Assembly (NCBI GenBank): GCA_013239625.1
Contig: MU054220.1
Location: 8,653,367-8,717,366, forward strand
Length of the DNA: 64,000 bases
Direction: 5' to 3'
DNA from: Lama guanicoe
Taxonomy: Eukaryota
Shown here piece by piece: positions 14,354 through 28,537 of the stretch (position 1 is its first letter; the number at the start of each line of letters is the position of its first letter). The translations under genes and the position numbers were made by a program. The notes beneath the pieces were generated by a model. It was not told the origin of the DNA. It ran no database searches and saw only the letters and a program-made list of their open reading frames with translations.

Positions 14354-14834
14354 TGTTGACCTAAATAAAATCACACAACATGAGAGTTGTGGGTTTAACT
14401 TTTATTCAGGGTCTTACTAAGGACTGTAGCCCAGGAGACAGCCACTCAGTTGCTCTGAGTAAACTACTCCATAGAGATGGGGCAGGAGCCAGTGTATGCA
14501 CAATTTTTTTTTTTGGTCTAGAAAATACATGTAGTCAAGCATACATCTTGGCAATATATTGCTGCTAATCACAAAGAACAGAAATCTCACGTTAACGAGT
14601 TTTAGTGCTTTCCTATGTATGGGAAGATTCAAGAAGCTGGCATCACTAACTGCTTCCTGAGATATGCCTCTTAACTATCTAGGAACTCATTTTATACAAA
14701 GCACAGACTGTCTCATTCTGATTTTCCACCCTGAATTCTCAGGGCGCACTGCAGGTGGGCCGCACGAGTGGGCTGAGACTTAACCCTCATGTAACTGGAT
14801 GATGAGTGACTCTCTGGTCTTTTTTAGTGTCACA
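14354..14834 (-). mobile_element. ERV LTR, same family as 63328-63780
   Basis: Shares cttactaaggactgtagccc..gctctgag..gctaatcacaaa..tctca.gttaa..tgtatgggaagat with the 63.3 kb copy; minus-strand AATAAA. Confidence 0.7.
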
Positions 14835-17473
14835 GAGGGCATGTAGGAGAGTTTAAAAAGAAGTTACTTTTTGATATTGACATTCATGAAAAGTCAATAA
14901 AAGTGTTATAGAACAAAGGTAGACAATAATATTATTCTTTTAGATGGAACTAAGAAAGTGTCTTTCCCTTTGCAAGGGAGTTTATCCCTACACTTTAAAG
15001 AATAGTGTGACTTAAATATTTTTTTATTAATAAAGCATGGCTCAGTGTAACACAATAGCAATTTAGTGGCAACAAGAAGAAAGTATGCAGCTTATGTTAC
15101 TCCAATTTTCCCTTTATTCACTCAATCCACAAATACTGAGTGAATGCCTATAATGTAACAGGCACTCAAATTTACATACTTATTATAGGCTGTTTAACTT
15201 CAGGCAAAGCAGTGTAATTTTTATCTTCAGATTACGGCTCTGTAAAAGTGTGGTTAAAGTAGTATCTACCTCAGATGGTCGATGTTAGAATAAACTAAGT
15301 CAAGATATGTATAAACATCAAAGCGGCAACTAGATAGCATACAAAACCTCAATAGCATTTGGCTATTGTTATTTTTATTATTATTGCTCCTCTCTTGGAA
15401 TAATAGCCTTCCCACTAAACCAGCCACCCTGTTTCCTCTTCCTTTCCACTTTTGTTTCTTTATAGCTTATTTTACCCAAGTAATCTTTCTAAAGTTCAAC
15501 TCAGATCTTTTTAGCTCAAATCCCTTCAACGACTCACAGCCACATTCCAGTGTCTACAATTTAATCTCTATTCTGTTCACAGTTATTTCACACAACTACC
15601 CTTGCCCACTTTATAAGCCATAAACAAAACAGAACAAAACAAAAGAGAACAACAACAAAGTCAGAGTCCTGAGCTTTTCTGAGGCCATGCAGTTCCCCAT
15701 TCTCTCTGATTTTTCCCCTCCACTCAAGGGTTGGTGGAAATCTTCCATCCTCCAAGCCTCATTCTACTTGCCACCTTCCCCATGAAGCTATTACTGGTCT
15801 TCACAACTAAAGGTAATCTAACCTTCTTTTGAGCCTCCTAAAATGCCTTGCTGATACCTCTGCTGAATTACTTATTTACTTTATATTATCTCAAAATCAT
15901 TGGTTTACTTATCTAACTGCATCTACTTGAACATAAATTTGAAATGCAAGGCATTTTTTTTAATCCCTATAAATGCCTAACATCAGTTCTGACTTAATTT
16001 AGACTTCTCAATACCTATTTGCTAAATTTCTTGAAATGGTTTCAATACAGCTTAAGGAATATACGTACCTACTACACTATACTTTTTTTTATACCACTTC
16101 TTTTGACTGAATAATAAAGGTGTCATATATATAAAATATTACAGTATATACACACATACACATACGCACACACACATATATATCTATAGAGAGAGGGAGG
16201 GGAAATCAAAAATACGCCAGAACTTGTGATGTTAGGGATTTTTTAAGAACTAAAAATACTGTCTCTCCTTTTTTAACTGTACAGTCAGGTAGATGCAATT
16301 AGATAAATACACCAATGACTTTATACATATACATATATATGGCTTATATAATGTATATCATACATGTTATACATAAACATATGTATCATACATTATATAT
16401 AATGTGTAAATATATGCCTTCAAATACATATTATGCGTCTAATATTTGCCTAATAGCCTTTGCCAGCATTCTACAGAATGCCAAAGGAGAGCAATTCTCA
16501 AAATACTAAAAATCAGTCCTGTGAAACAATGAGATTATTTAACTATGTTAAATTAGGCTTTTGGAGTGATTTATCTATAGCATGAAGTCCCTCTCAGATA
16601 ATTTTACTTGACTGTGATTTGACTTGTTTTCAATATTCTTGTCCATTGCTAAATATTTATAAATTTCCTGAAGAACATTTACCTATAACCTTATTTTAGT
16701 TTTCCAGCCCTTTGCAGAACCCACAGTGGTCTTCAGAAGGATTCAGAGGCAGTCATATGTGTGACTTAGAAGCACTTCTAAAGGAGGCAGGTGGGTAACC
16801 ACAGGAGTCAAGTTCACCTTGGAATGGACTCTGAAGAGTTATAACTCTCCATCACAAAGAAAATAACCCCAGGGCCTCACAGCGGCTGCCCCCAAACTGT
16901 GTGATACACTTATAAGATGCAGCACCACATGGTGAGAAGGGAAGCTTTCAGAAGTGTAAGAATTGCTGATAAAAGAGAGTTGATGGCACTGGGGAAAGGA
17001 TGTATCTTCAAAGTGAGTAAAAGCGAACAGTGCAAATTATACCTTAGAGGATCCAGAGTTCAAAAAGAGTCCTAACCTAACTGCAAGTGAGGAGACAGAG
17101 TAGTTCTAGAAGCTTTTTTTTTTTTAACATATTCATTTACTACCTTTAAATTAATATGAAAATCAGAAAATAACTCTTCGTGATAAACAGCATTTCTATT
17201 ATTTCTGGAGTCCAGAAAGTAAAAGTTCAACATTCTTTCATTTAGAAGACAACTTTTCAGACCTCAAATATGGCTGAGAATGCGCTGGAACACAATTACG
17301 TGATTCTTCTTCTAAATCATTCTTTGCATTTGGCACTGCAAAAGGAAGAAGCTCGTGGAAAGATACATGATAACCATTGCAGTGCACTGAATATGCTATA
17401 ACCTTAGCATGTCTCACAGCTATCCTGACACCTAACACCAAGCCCATCATTAATATTTGCACAGAAATCTAGA

Positions 17474-17694
17474 ACAGTGTTCAGCACCTTTTTCTGCAAA
17501 GGGCCATATAGTAGATCTTTTCAGCTTTGCGGGCCACGTTGCCTCTGTTGCAACCACTGAACTCTGCCATTTTAGTGTCCAATCAGCTGTGAACAATATG
17601 CAAATTAATAGGCAGAGCTGTGTTCCAATAAAACTTTATTTACAAAAACAGGTAGTGGACCAGATTTGGCTGGGCCATACTTAGTCAACTCCTA
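17474..17694. mobile_element. MER58A-like hAT-Charlie MITE
   Basis: ttttctgcaaagggcca.atagta.at.ttttcagctttgcgggccac...ctgtgttccaataaaactttatttacaaaaacaggt matches the recalled MER58A consensus. Confidence 0.85.
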
Positions 17695-20600
17695 GTCTGA
17701 AATAATTCTTTTAAAATTGTAGTTACAAACTAAAGAATGTTCTTAGGATGAAACAACACCTGTTTATCTGCATTATTCTCCCCTCTCCCCCTGCTCTGAT
17801 GCCCTTATAATTCACAGAATGTACTGATGTCATCCTTGCATTGATTGCATTTTCTTCTCTTGAACATTGATCCTTCTAGGAATTTCTGTCTTAACATACC
17901 CCTGCCTGGAAATCTCAGTCATACTTCAAAGACCATCTCTATACATGCCTCTGTCTCCCCTCAGCTGCGACAGTCTTCTTACCTCTTAAAACCATGCATC
18001 TGCAGAATAAACACTTTCAGTTTATTCTCCGCATTATAATTGTTCATGATATGCATTCAGATATGTGAATTCAGTTCAGATTTTTTTCCCCTTAAATTGA
18101 TCAGCACAGTGCTTTGTATGAAATGTTCAATAAACAGTTATTCAGTGGATAAATGCCTAAGCAAGCAATTCTATTTGGAAGGGAAAGGAAAAAGATTTAA
18201 GATAAACGTCATGGGATCAATTTGAGTAGAAAACTCCAAATTAATCCCAAGTCATTTAGTCTTTATTTCTATTTTCATTTAACAACTTAGCCTATCCATA
18301 CTGGAATCTTCCAAACTTGGCTGAGAATATTGGGCAACTGAAACTATATGTTTGAATGAGAAATTCCTGTCATTTATTCAAACTGACCTACTAGTTTATT
18401 TAATCATTAAATTTCTCTTATGAAGTGAAAACAAACTATTACGTAAATATCTATACAGCTTTTAAAACAAACATGGATGATTGCTTTCTAATGACATCTA
18501 ACTTATTAAACTGATATTTTATTAGCATTTCAATATTATCATTTATATTCTGCTTTGGAAATATAAACAGGATCATGGAAAATTTCATATTATCAAACAA
18601 ATATTAGTTTACTCTTTCCAATGCCATATGTTTATTTGTTAACAATCTAATCAGTCCTTTTCAATTCTTAACTCAATAAGAGAGATTCAGTTTTTCAAAA
18701 AATTAAATAAAAAACATTATGAAAGTCAAGGATGTATAATCCTTTAGTGGGAAAGGTTAATTCCCACATCTTTCTTTCAGGAATTCTGTTGTTTAACTTT
18801 TTTTCTCTATGATATTTTTTTCTTTTCCTAAAAATAATCCTAGTTCTTACAGTTATTTTTTATTATGGGAGCTCAACTGCAATTGCATAAGGCTTTGTTT
18901 TTGCATTTTGTTCAATGGTATTTCAAATTTCTTGAGTTACCTCTCTTTCCCTGGTGCTCTGTCAGTTGAAGCTTTATGTAGGTTATGATATTTTGTAATT
19001 TGTATTTAATTTTATGATGTCTTTATGTGCTTGTTTCGTTGTTTCTTTAGCTTCATTTCCTTTCACTGATTTTTTTTCTCCCTTTTTATCTGAATGGAAT
19101 ATTATCACATGGTACAATTAGAAACCCAGTTTGTTTTGTTTTGTATTTTCCATCTTCATCCAATTGCAAATTTTCAGGGTTTTTTTTTTTTCTTTTTTCA
19201 AATTTTATTCCGGGAATTTATTTTCCACCTTTTGACAACATATTGTTGAATTTTCTAAAATTCACTGGAGAGTCTTTTGTTTTGAATTTCAGTAAAATGT
19301 GCCTCTTCTAGCTTCACTGTAAGTGCTGGTACATCAGGACTTATTATTGAACATTATGTTTGTTTCTCTTTACTTGCTTTTTTCCCCACGTCTATTGACT
19401 AATTCTAGTTGTTGTTGGTTTTTTTTTTCTATTCTTCAGCTCTATATTATTTTTCTGTTATTTTCTTAAATTAAAATTATAGTCATTTCACCCCCTGATT
19501 TGTTTATACTTGTCAATATCCGTACGGTGCAACCATATACTTACTAGCACACATTCTCATCCCATCTGTGACTATCATACTATTCATACTGAAATATTGT
19601 TCATTGTGTTTTCTGGGTTGTTCTGGGTATAATTCCTTGTTTTGGAGTAAGAGCCTTTGGTCAATAATAAACTTTCATAAGCTATTTGATCACCCTTTAA
19701 TCCCATGTTTCTTCTCATAACTCCTGAATTTAATTCTCTATTTTAAAAGCTTCATTCAAGAATATTTTCAAAACCGATATCCATTCAGAAGTTCAGTATG
19801 CCTGAGAATATTTTTTATTGCACTCTCACATTTAAATGAAAATTTTGTTGGTTGTGAATTTAAAGGTTAAAATTTTTCACCCATATATTAATTAAGCAGA
19901 GTAGGCTACACTAAGTTTTTATCACCATATCACAGTAAAGTTTATTTCTTGGTCACGTCACAGTTGGAGGCAGACCAGGCTGCACTCCCAAGCCCCCTCC
20001 ACACAGTGACTCAAGGATCTAGGACAGAGAAGAGGGAAAGCTTCACTTTGTACTGAAGTATTCCAGGAGCCTAGAAGAGCATCAAGCCCTCAGTCAGTCA
20101 TCAATAGATACTTGTTACACTGGTGAACTAGTGAATAAAAAAATAAAGGAAACTATACACAGAAACACAGAAAACGTCTGTAGAGTTATGAGTACTATTG
20201 AGGGAGTTAATATTTACAAATAATATGTTTGTTTAATACGTCAACATATGCTAAGAGGAACTGCTTTAGGACTTTCTTCTGATTTAGAATACAATTAGTT
20301 TGCATCTTTAATTGAGTGTGAAAAGATGCCTAGACACATAGATATGGTGGTGTTTTTCTTAAGAATGTGAGAAAACTTCCTAAAATACTAGTTAATTGTT
20401 AGTTGAGAAGAACTGGGCAATACAGAGCATATGATAAATCTCATTGGTTCTCAATTTCTCCATCTCTCTCCTCTTCTTTTCATCAGTCTTCCTCTGACTG
20501 TGCCCCACAGTTTATTATCCAATACACTTTCAATAGAATTATTGGGTAATATTTACTTTGGGGTTGTTAAAATCCAAAATGAGGTACAGTTAATCATTTT

Positions 20601-21719
20601 TATTATTGAATCAGGTTTATTCACTTTTATTTCTAATTGCTATGAACTTAATTATAAAGCTTAGAGAAACATACTAGTTTATGAAATGGATATTCACCTA
20701 AATACATTTCTTTAGCCATAGAAATTTACTGCCTAATAAGAAATCGCAAGCTTAACCATCAGAACTTTTATTTTCAATCCACGGCTGTACATAGAAAGCT
20801 CAAAATGTGGAGTTAAGAGAAAAAATATATAGTTATATTTTCAAAGAACTTTCTAGGGATTATTTCCACTCCACATCCTATTAATAAGTGAACACTCTAT
20901 CAATAAGTCATTCTCCAAGGAAGCACTGGAATGCCCTATAAAGGCAACTTTCCTCTTTTATGCTTCTGACCCTAATCCCCAAATTGCTGCTCCTTTAGAA
21001 AGGTGAATTTTCTGACATTTCATATATCATTAATTGTTTTTCCATCTTGCTTAACCTTACCACTCTCGGTAATTTGTCAGATCTTTTGAATTCAGACGCG
21101 TGTGGCTGCATGCTAAAAGGACGGAAACACCTTAGGAATCTAATTTTTCTTGACAATTACATTATGTCACTTCTAGCATCGGTATATTTTAAATTTCCAT
21201 GCTTTCCCCTGATTTGATTGACACACACCGTACTAAATTGCCTTAGCTCTTGAATATATTTTGTTGATTATAGCCCCAAGAACTTCAACCCCTGATAAAT
21301 GCATATGCTCTGATTTTCAGAAGCCAATATTCTCATAATTACAGAAAACCTCTCCGTTAGCCTTACTTAGCAGTGTCAAGGAATAGCTTTTAATTTAGGA
21401 TTGGAGACTTAAAACTTATTGGCTTATAAATACTGTAATTCAGTTTGATGACCGGAGTAACAAAATTTTCCTATTTTATAGGATTTTGCTTTTAGTTTAG
21501 CTAAAAATCCCACAGTAGTTAGTGTCTATATTATAAGAATTATGTTTAAATGTGCATCTGAAGAAAACTCAATTAATATACTAAGTTCACCTAGCCATAT
21601 GCCATGCTTACACCATACATCATTTTCCTAAAAATAGTACAGTGATAAAGAAAGTACATTAAAAATAACAGTTTGGCAATTTCTTTAAAGATATGAAAAT
21701 GACTGTCGCCTTTCACATT

Positions 21720-22312
21720 TGTAGGGGGGCAAAACTTGCCATCCACAAATGTTTCTCTGGCATGAGAATTATTTTGAGCTGAAAACAATCAAGGACCAGA
21801 AGCCTCAGGAAGACATTTTGACCTTCCCATCTAACTGCCTAAAATAATTTAGAGGGTTTATTCCTTGAATAAAGCTATCTCCAGAGATATCTTTTAAGAA
21901 TGTGGGCTACGTGTGGTTGGGAAGTTCAGCAGGGCCCAGAGATCAGAGTTCCCTGTGTGTCTGATTATCTCTGCAAGTCTCAGCAAACATTTGTTTTCCA
22001 CCATTCACTTTTCCATCTCCATGTGAATTGCCTTCCTCCCCTTTGAAGTCCCAAACCACTTCCTCCAACATTCTCTTTTGTCTTTTTTTTTTTTTCATTC
22101 TCATTCTCTTTTGTCTTTAGCAGAAGATGGTTATTGAAGGTGAGGAGTTTGGCTATTTTGTTGAGTTACTCAGTTTTTCTGGGTCTCTCCTGTGTATAGG
22201 TGTCATTAAACTGCTGTGTGATTTCCTCCTGTTAAAATGTCTCATGTCAATTCAATTCTTAGACCAGCCAGAAGAACCTAGAAGGGTAGAGGGAAATTTC
22301 TTCCTCCCTGTC
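21720..22312 (+). mobile_element. Solo ERV LTR
   Basis: TGTAGGGG start, ATTAAA at ~22205, ends ..ttcctcccctgtCA. Confidence 0.75.
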
Positions 22313-22497
22313 ACTATGCAAAAATGAACTGAAGAAAAACATTTTATATTTATTAAAATTAAAGATTTATTTTAAATTAAAATTTAATCAAGGTAAGAAG
22401 AAAAAAATGTTTCCTTGACACCTTGAAACAAAAAGGATGTCTTAAAAGGAATATGAATTCAAATAATTTGATTAAAAAAAAAAGTGTTCTTGGTCTC

Positions 22498-22915
22498 TGT
22501 ACTGGCTTCCAAGGGCTGCCACAACAAATTAGAACAGGCTGGGTGTCTGAAAACAACAGAAATTCATTCACAGTTCTAGGTGTTAGAAGCCAAAATCAAG
22601 GTTTCTGCAAGGCCATGCTCCCTCTGAAATCTCTAGGGAAGACTATTACCTTGTCTTTTCCTAGTTTCTGGTAGCTCCCAAGAACTGCATCGTACCCATC
22701 TCTGCCTCTGTTTTCATAGGCTGCCTTCTCTCCCTATCTCTACCTCTGATTCTCTCTATCTTTTCTCTTATAAAGATGCCAATCATAGGGTCCACCCTAA
22801 TCCAGTAGGACCTCTTCTTATCTGGGCACATAGGCAAAGACTTTATGTCTAAATAAAACCACATTCTAAGGTTCTGAGTAAACATGGATTTTGGAAAACA
22901 TTACTCAAACCATTA
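22498..22915 (-). mobile_element. MLT1 (ERVL-MaLR) LTR
   Basis: gggctgccacaacaaatt..aaaacaacagaaattcattcacagttct..caaggccatgctccctctgaa is the reverse-oriented MLT1 signature. Confidence 0.85.
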
Positions 22916-23037
22916 TAATCTCCATTTATAAAATAGAAGAATATATATAAGAAAGCACTTCAAACAGATCTTAAAGATGAATCATTTTAAAAGCTAAGAT
23001 TAACTCAGTCATTCAATATTCATTAAATCCTAGTAAT

Positions 23038-23545
23038 ACTGAGATAGGAGGGAAGGGTGTAGGGCACAGTAACTGAAACAATGACAAGTCATTGAGGATA
23101 CAACAAAAACTGGTTAGAACCAATTTGCCCCAAGATGGCGGAAGATTCAACTTCCAGTAGACCTTAAGCCTTATTATATGTTCATTGTAATACATTAGCA
23201 TGCTAAATGGCACACCCACAGGTGCTATCACAGTTTCCAGGTTGACCATAAAAGGGCAAAAAGTGGGCAGTGGCCCAATACCTGGAAATGTCCTCCCTTT
23301 CCCCAAAATAGTTGGGATAATCTTCCCACTTGTTAGCATCTGAAATTACCCAGCCTGTAAAAATTAATGAACCCCACACCCTGGGGCCATTATCCCTTCT
23401 GAGATGGACTGCATTCTGTCTATGGAATGTGCCTCTCTCTAAACAAATTTGCTTTCAGTTTACTATGGCTTGTTCTTGAATTCTTTCCTGACTGAAGCCA
23501 AGGACCCTCACTTGTCAGGGCATATCCCAGGGACTCACCAGAGAC
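23038..23545 (+). mobile_element. ERV LTR
   Basis: ccaagatggcggaaga (YY1-type motif), similar to 8305-8860; U5-like gaattctttcctg..gaagccaaggaccc. Confidence 0.7.
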
Positions 23546-23547
23546 TC

Positions 23548-24119
23548 TGTGGGAGCACACTTATGGGTTAATAAGTTATAGGGCCACAATGCTTGTTGTC
23601 TTGCTGAAAAGACTCACCTAACTTATCTTAGGGGTAGGTTGTTAGCTGTAGGGCTGCTTCTGTTTCTTGGAAAACCATTACCTTTTGCCCTTGCTGAAAA
23701 CAGCAGGGCGTTCTTTGCTTATCTAGTTAGATCTTGGTCTTTATGGGGTCTTTGTGCCTGCCTGGTTTCCATTTTTGATTTCATACTCCCTAAACAATTT
23801 AAACTTCTCCCTAAACATATAAATTAAGACTAATGTTTCTGTTTTTCACAAAACTACTGACCTGCATACCTGCATGTACACCATGCCTCTTACACATTCC
23901 TATGATGTGTTTTACCTTACTCCTTTGTTTGACTACTGTCAATAAATACAAGAGTTTCGGACGGGCTCTAAGAGTTGGAGTTGGTCTCCGGCTCCCTCTC
24001 ACTCTCTTGACTTGATAAAGTCTCGAGTAATTCATTCTTTCGCGGTGGGTCTTTGCCGGACAAAGCCCACAAGACTCATCCTCCCTTGTCCCCCTATTTT
24101 CCTGAACAATACTACCACA
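23548..24119 (+). mobile_element. Second ERV LTR abutting or nested in the previous one
   Basis: TGTGGGAG start, AATAAA at 23941, ends ..ctaccaCA; retains CpGs. Confidence 0.6.
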
Positions 24120-27100
24120 CTGGCTACTACCAAACACTACCTGTAGCAGCATATAAGGGACACCCCAGTACTCCATGTGCTTTTGTCGGGACAACTCCTT
24201 CCCTGGTGTTGGCACTGCCAGCTTGAACATTGCAAACTAGATATTTACAGGACTAATTATAAAAAGGAATCTGTAATTAGGGCTGGTTAGCAACTCCTTT
24301 CTCTCAGAATATCAGCACAAATCCCATTGGGTTTTATTCCTGTTGACCTCACTCATTTGTAACTAGAACAATCTTATAATTGATCTTCCAAATCAGGACA
24401 CTTAATGAAAGTGCAAGGAAGCACTATTAAGAGTTACATTGAAGTAACAGCATAAAAGATGCAGGCATACATTCACTCCACCAGTAACTGCCCCACATCA
24501 GTCAAGACTTTAGTTCTGACTCTAGGCACTAAGTTAGGTACGTGTGGGACTCCAGTCTCCTATTTTCAAACCCTTCTGCTGCGCCTTCTCCAGTGTACAC
24601 GGGTCATCAGAAATGTATTATATCCACAAACTCTCTGAGTGTTCCCCTTCACCATCTTGTTTGACCTGAAACCTCGCTGCAAACCCCTCCCATGTAGATT
24701 ATTCCAGCCTTTCTCCTACTAAAGTGCCTGAAGTAGAGGTAGGTGTCCTCTGTGTTCTTCAAAATGCCATTTGCTCAAAATACCATTTCTTTCATAAAAG
24801 GTATAATTCACACAATACCAGTAAGATACTCAACACTTCTGTGGTTATCTAAGGACCTCCAAACCATTCCTCCTCCTTTCTTGAAAATTTTACTATTCAG
24901 TTCACTATTTCTCTCTCCAGTACTACTTTTGTTGTGATTTTAGTGACTAACAATTTCAACTGTATTATGCATCCAAGATGCTGGTTGTTCAGTCCCGTTG
25001 GTTCACCATTTCTAACAATATTTACCTCCATCTCTCAACAGCCACCCATCCCCATGTGAGACGGCATGGTTATTTATAAAAATCTCAGTTTTAAGTACCC
25101 ACTCTCAAATCATCACCTCCTAACAGCCCAGTGAATTGTTCAGTTATCTCCCCATTTCTCCTGCCTCATCAATGCATCCACTTTTACTAGACTATCCTTA
25201 TCATCACATAAACATGCTGTAGTATTTCTCATCTAAAGGAGAAAAATGCTCTTAATTCTCACACCTCCTCTCTGCTCCTCTTTTTCGAGTTCACTTTATA
25301 GCAAAACTCATGAGAAATGTTGCCCAACCGTCTTCTGTAATCAGTCACACTGTACTTTCATCCCAGTAACGCCACTAAGGTTGGGGGAGGGGCTCTCTTG
25401 ACATTATAGCCGAGAATTTTCATTTTGTCAATATTTTTGGAATTCTCAGTAGTGTTGACACAACGGATTTTTCCCTCCTCCTTGAAACACCTGCTTCACT
25501 TGGCATCCCAAACACTATACTCTCCTCTGTCCTTCTATTTCACTGTCAGCTTCTCTTTAGTATCCTCTGTGGAATTATCAACATTAAGTTGCATCAAGAC
25601 TCAGCACTATGCCCTTTTCTCTTTGCTCTGTTAATTCCCTGACTCATCTTTTCTGTTCCCATGGCTTTGTGTTTCTTATATATGCTATTGATTATTACAT
25701 TTTTTCCCTCCAAACTGTATATTGCTGAGGGCTCCAAACTCAGATACCCAGTTATTTACCTCTCCTCGATTGTTGGAAGTCTAACACATATCCCAAGTTG
25801 AATATGGCCAGGAAACCTCTTGTAGCCAATTCCAAACTTTGTTTTGTCTTCACTAGTCTTCAGTTAATCAATAAATCTCACCATCATTTACCTAGTTATT
25901 CAGTAAACATTTAGGAACCTTTGCATTTTTTTCTTTCCTTCTCATGCCATATCGAATTAATTAAAACAAGCAAACCTTAGAGACATTGTGGGTTTGGTTG
26001 AACACCATCACAACAAAGCAATTATCTCAATAAAGTTGAGTCTCATGAAATTTTTTGTTTGCCAGTGCATAAAAAAGTTATAGTTACACTGTATTAAATG
26101 CGACATCATGTCTGAAAAACAATGTACACACTTTAATTGAAAAATACTTTCTTGCTGAAGAATGCTAACCACCATCTGAGCCTTCAGCGAGTCGTAGTAG
26201 TAACCTCAAAGATCACTAATCACAGATCACATAACAAATATGATAATAATGAAAAAGTTTGAAATACTCTCACTCTCTTGACTTGATAAAGTCTCGAGTA
26301 ATTCATTCTTTCGCGGTGGGTCTTTGCCGGACAAAGCCCACAAGACTCATCCTCCCTTGTCCCCCTATTTTCCTGAACAATACTACCACACTGGCTACTA
26401 CCAAACACTACCTGTAGCAGCATATAAGGGACACCCCAGTACTCCATGTGCTTTTGTCGGGACAACTCCTTCCCTGGTGTTGGCACTGCCAGCTTGAACA
26501 TTGCAAACTAGATATTTACAGGACTAATTATAAAAAGGAATCTGTAATTAGGGCTGGTTAGCAACTCCTTTCTCTCAGAATATCAGCACAAATCCCATTG
26601 GGTTTTATTCCTGTTGACCTCACTCATTTGTAACTAGAACAATCTTATAATTGATCTTCCAAATCAGGACACTTAATGAAAGTGCAAGGAAGCACTATTA
26701 AGAGTTACATTGAAGTAACAGCATAAAAGACGCAGGCATACATTCACTCCACCAGTAACTGCCCCACATCAGTCAAGACTTTAGTTTTGACTCTAGGCAC
26801 TAAGTTAGATATGTGTGGGACTCCAGTCTCCTATTTTCAAACCCTTCTGCTGCGCCTTCTCCAGTGTACACGGGTCATCAGAAATGTATTATATCCACAA
26901 ACTCTCTGAGTGTTCCCCTTCACCATCTTGTTTGACCTGAAACCTCGCTGCAAACCCCTCCCATGTAGATTATTCCAGCCTTTCTCCTACTAAAGTGCCT
27001 GAAGTAGAGGTAGGTGTCCTCTGTGTTCTTCAAAATGCCATTTGCTCAAAATACCATTTCTTTCATAAAAGGTATAATTCACACAATACCAGTAAGATAC

Positions 27101-28537
27101 TCAACACTTCCGTGGTTATCTAAGGACCTCCAAACCATTCCTCCTTCTTTCTTGAAAATTTTACTATTCAGTTCACTATTTCTCTCTCCAGTACTACTTT
27201 CGTTGTGATTTTAGTGACTAATGATTTCAACTGTATTATGCATCCAAGATGCTGGTTGTTCAGTTCTGTTGGTTCACCATTTCTAACAATATTTACCTCC
27301 ATCTCTCAACAGCCACCCATCCCCATGTGAGACGGCATGGTTATTTATAAAAATCTCAGTTTTAAGTACCCACTCTCAAATCATCACCTCCTAACAGCCC
27401 AGTGAATTGTTCAGTTATCTCCCCATTTCTCCTGCCTCATCAATGCATCCACTTTTACTAGACTATCCTTATCATCACATAAACATGCTGTAGTATTTCT
27501 CATCTAAAGGAGAAAAATGCTCTTAATTCTCACACCTCCTCTCTGCTCCTCTTTTTCGAGTTCACTTTATAGCAAAACTCATGAGAAATGTTGCCCAACC
27601 GTCTTCTGTAATCAGTCACACTGTACTTTCATCCCAGTAACGCCACTAAGGTTGGGGGAGGGGCTCTCTTGACATTATAGCCGAGAATTTTCATTTTGTC
27701 AATATTTTTGGAATTCTCAGTAGTGTTGACACAACGGATTTTTCCCTCCTCCTTGAAACACCTGCTTCACTTGGCATCCCAAACACTATACTCTCCTCTG
27801 TCCTTCTATTTCACTGTCAGCTTCTCTTTAGTATCCTCTGTGGAATTATCAACATTAAGTTGCATCAAGACTCAGCACTATGCCCTTTTCTCTTTGCTCT
27901 GTTAATTCCCTGACTCATCTTTTCTGTTCCCATGGCTTTGTGTTTCTTATATATGCTACTGATTATTACATTTTTTCCCTCCAACCTGTATATTGCTGAG
28001 GGCTCCAAACTCAGATACCCAGTTATTTACCTCTCCTCGATTGTTGGAAGTCTAACACATATCCCAAGTTGAATATGGCCAGGAAACCTCTTGTAGCCAA
28101 TTCCAAACTTTGTTTTGTCTTCACTAGTCTTCAGTTAATCAATAAATCTCACCATCATTTACCTAGTTATTCAGTAAACATTTAGGAACCTTTGCATTTT
28201 TTTCTTTCCTTCTCATGCCATATCGAATTAATTAAAACAAGCAAACCTTAGAGACATTGTGGGTTTGGTTGAACACCATCACAACAAAGCAATTATCTCA
28301 ATAAAGTTGAGTCTCATGAAATTTTTTGTTTGCCAGTGCATAAAAAAGTTATAGTTACACTGTATTAAATGCGACATCATGTCTGAAAAACAATGTACAC
28401 ACTTTAATTGAAAAATACTTTCTTGCTGAAGAATGCTAACCACCATCTGAGCCTTCAGCGAGTCGTAGTAGTAACCTCAAAGATCACTAATCACAGATCA
28501 CATAACAAATATGATAATAATGAAAAAGTTTGAAATA
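23996..28537. repeat. Head-to-tail tandem duplication, 2271 bp x2 (23996-26266 / 26267-28537)
   Basis: Constant offset of 2271; 13 substitutions counted by eye, no indels seen. Confidence 0.97.
25000..25950. mobile_element. L2 fragments (duplicated at ~27270-28220)
   Basis: Pyrimidine-rich L2-like motifs such as ccctcctccttgaaacac..cttcacttggc and ctccaaactcagataccca. Confidence 0.55.

Noticed and set aside
23811..24230. 139-aa minus-strand ORF
   Set aside because: Lies mostly antisense to an LTR; no recognisable domain
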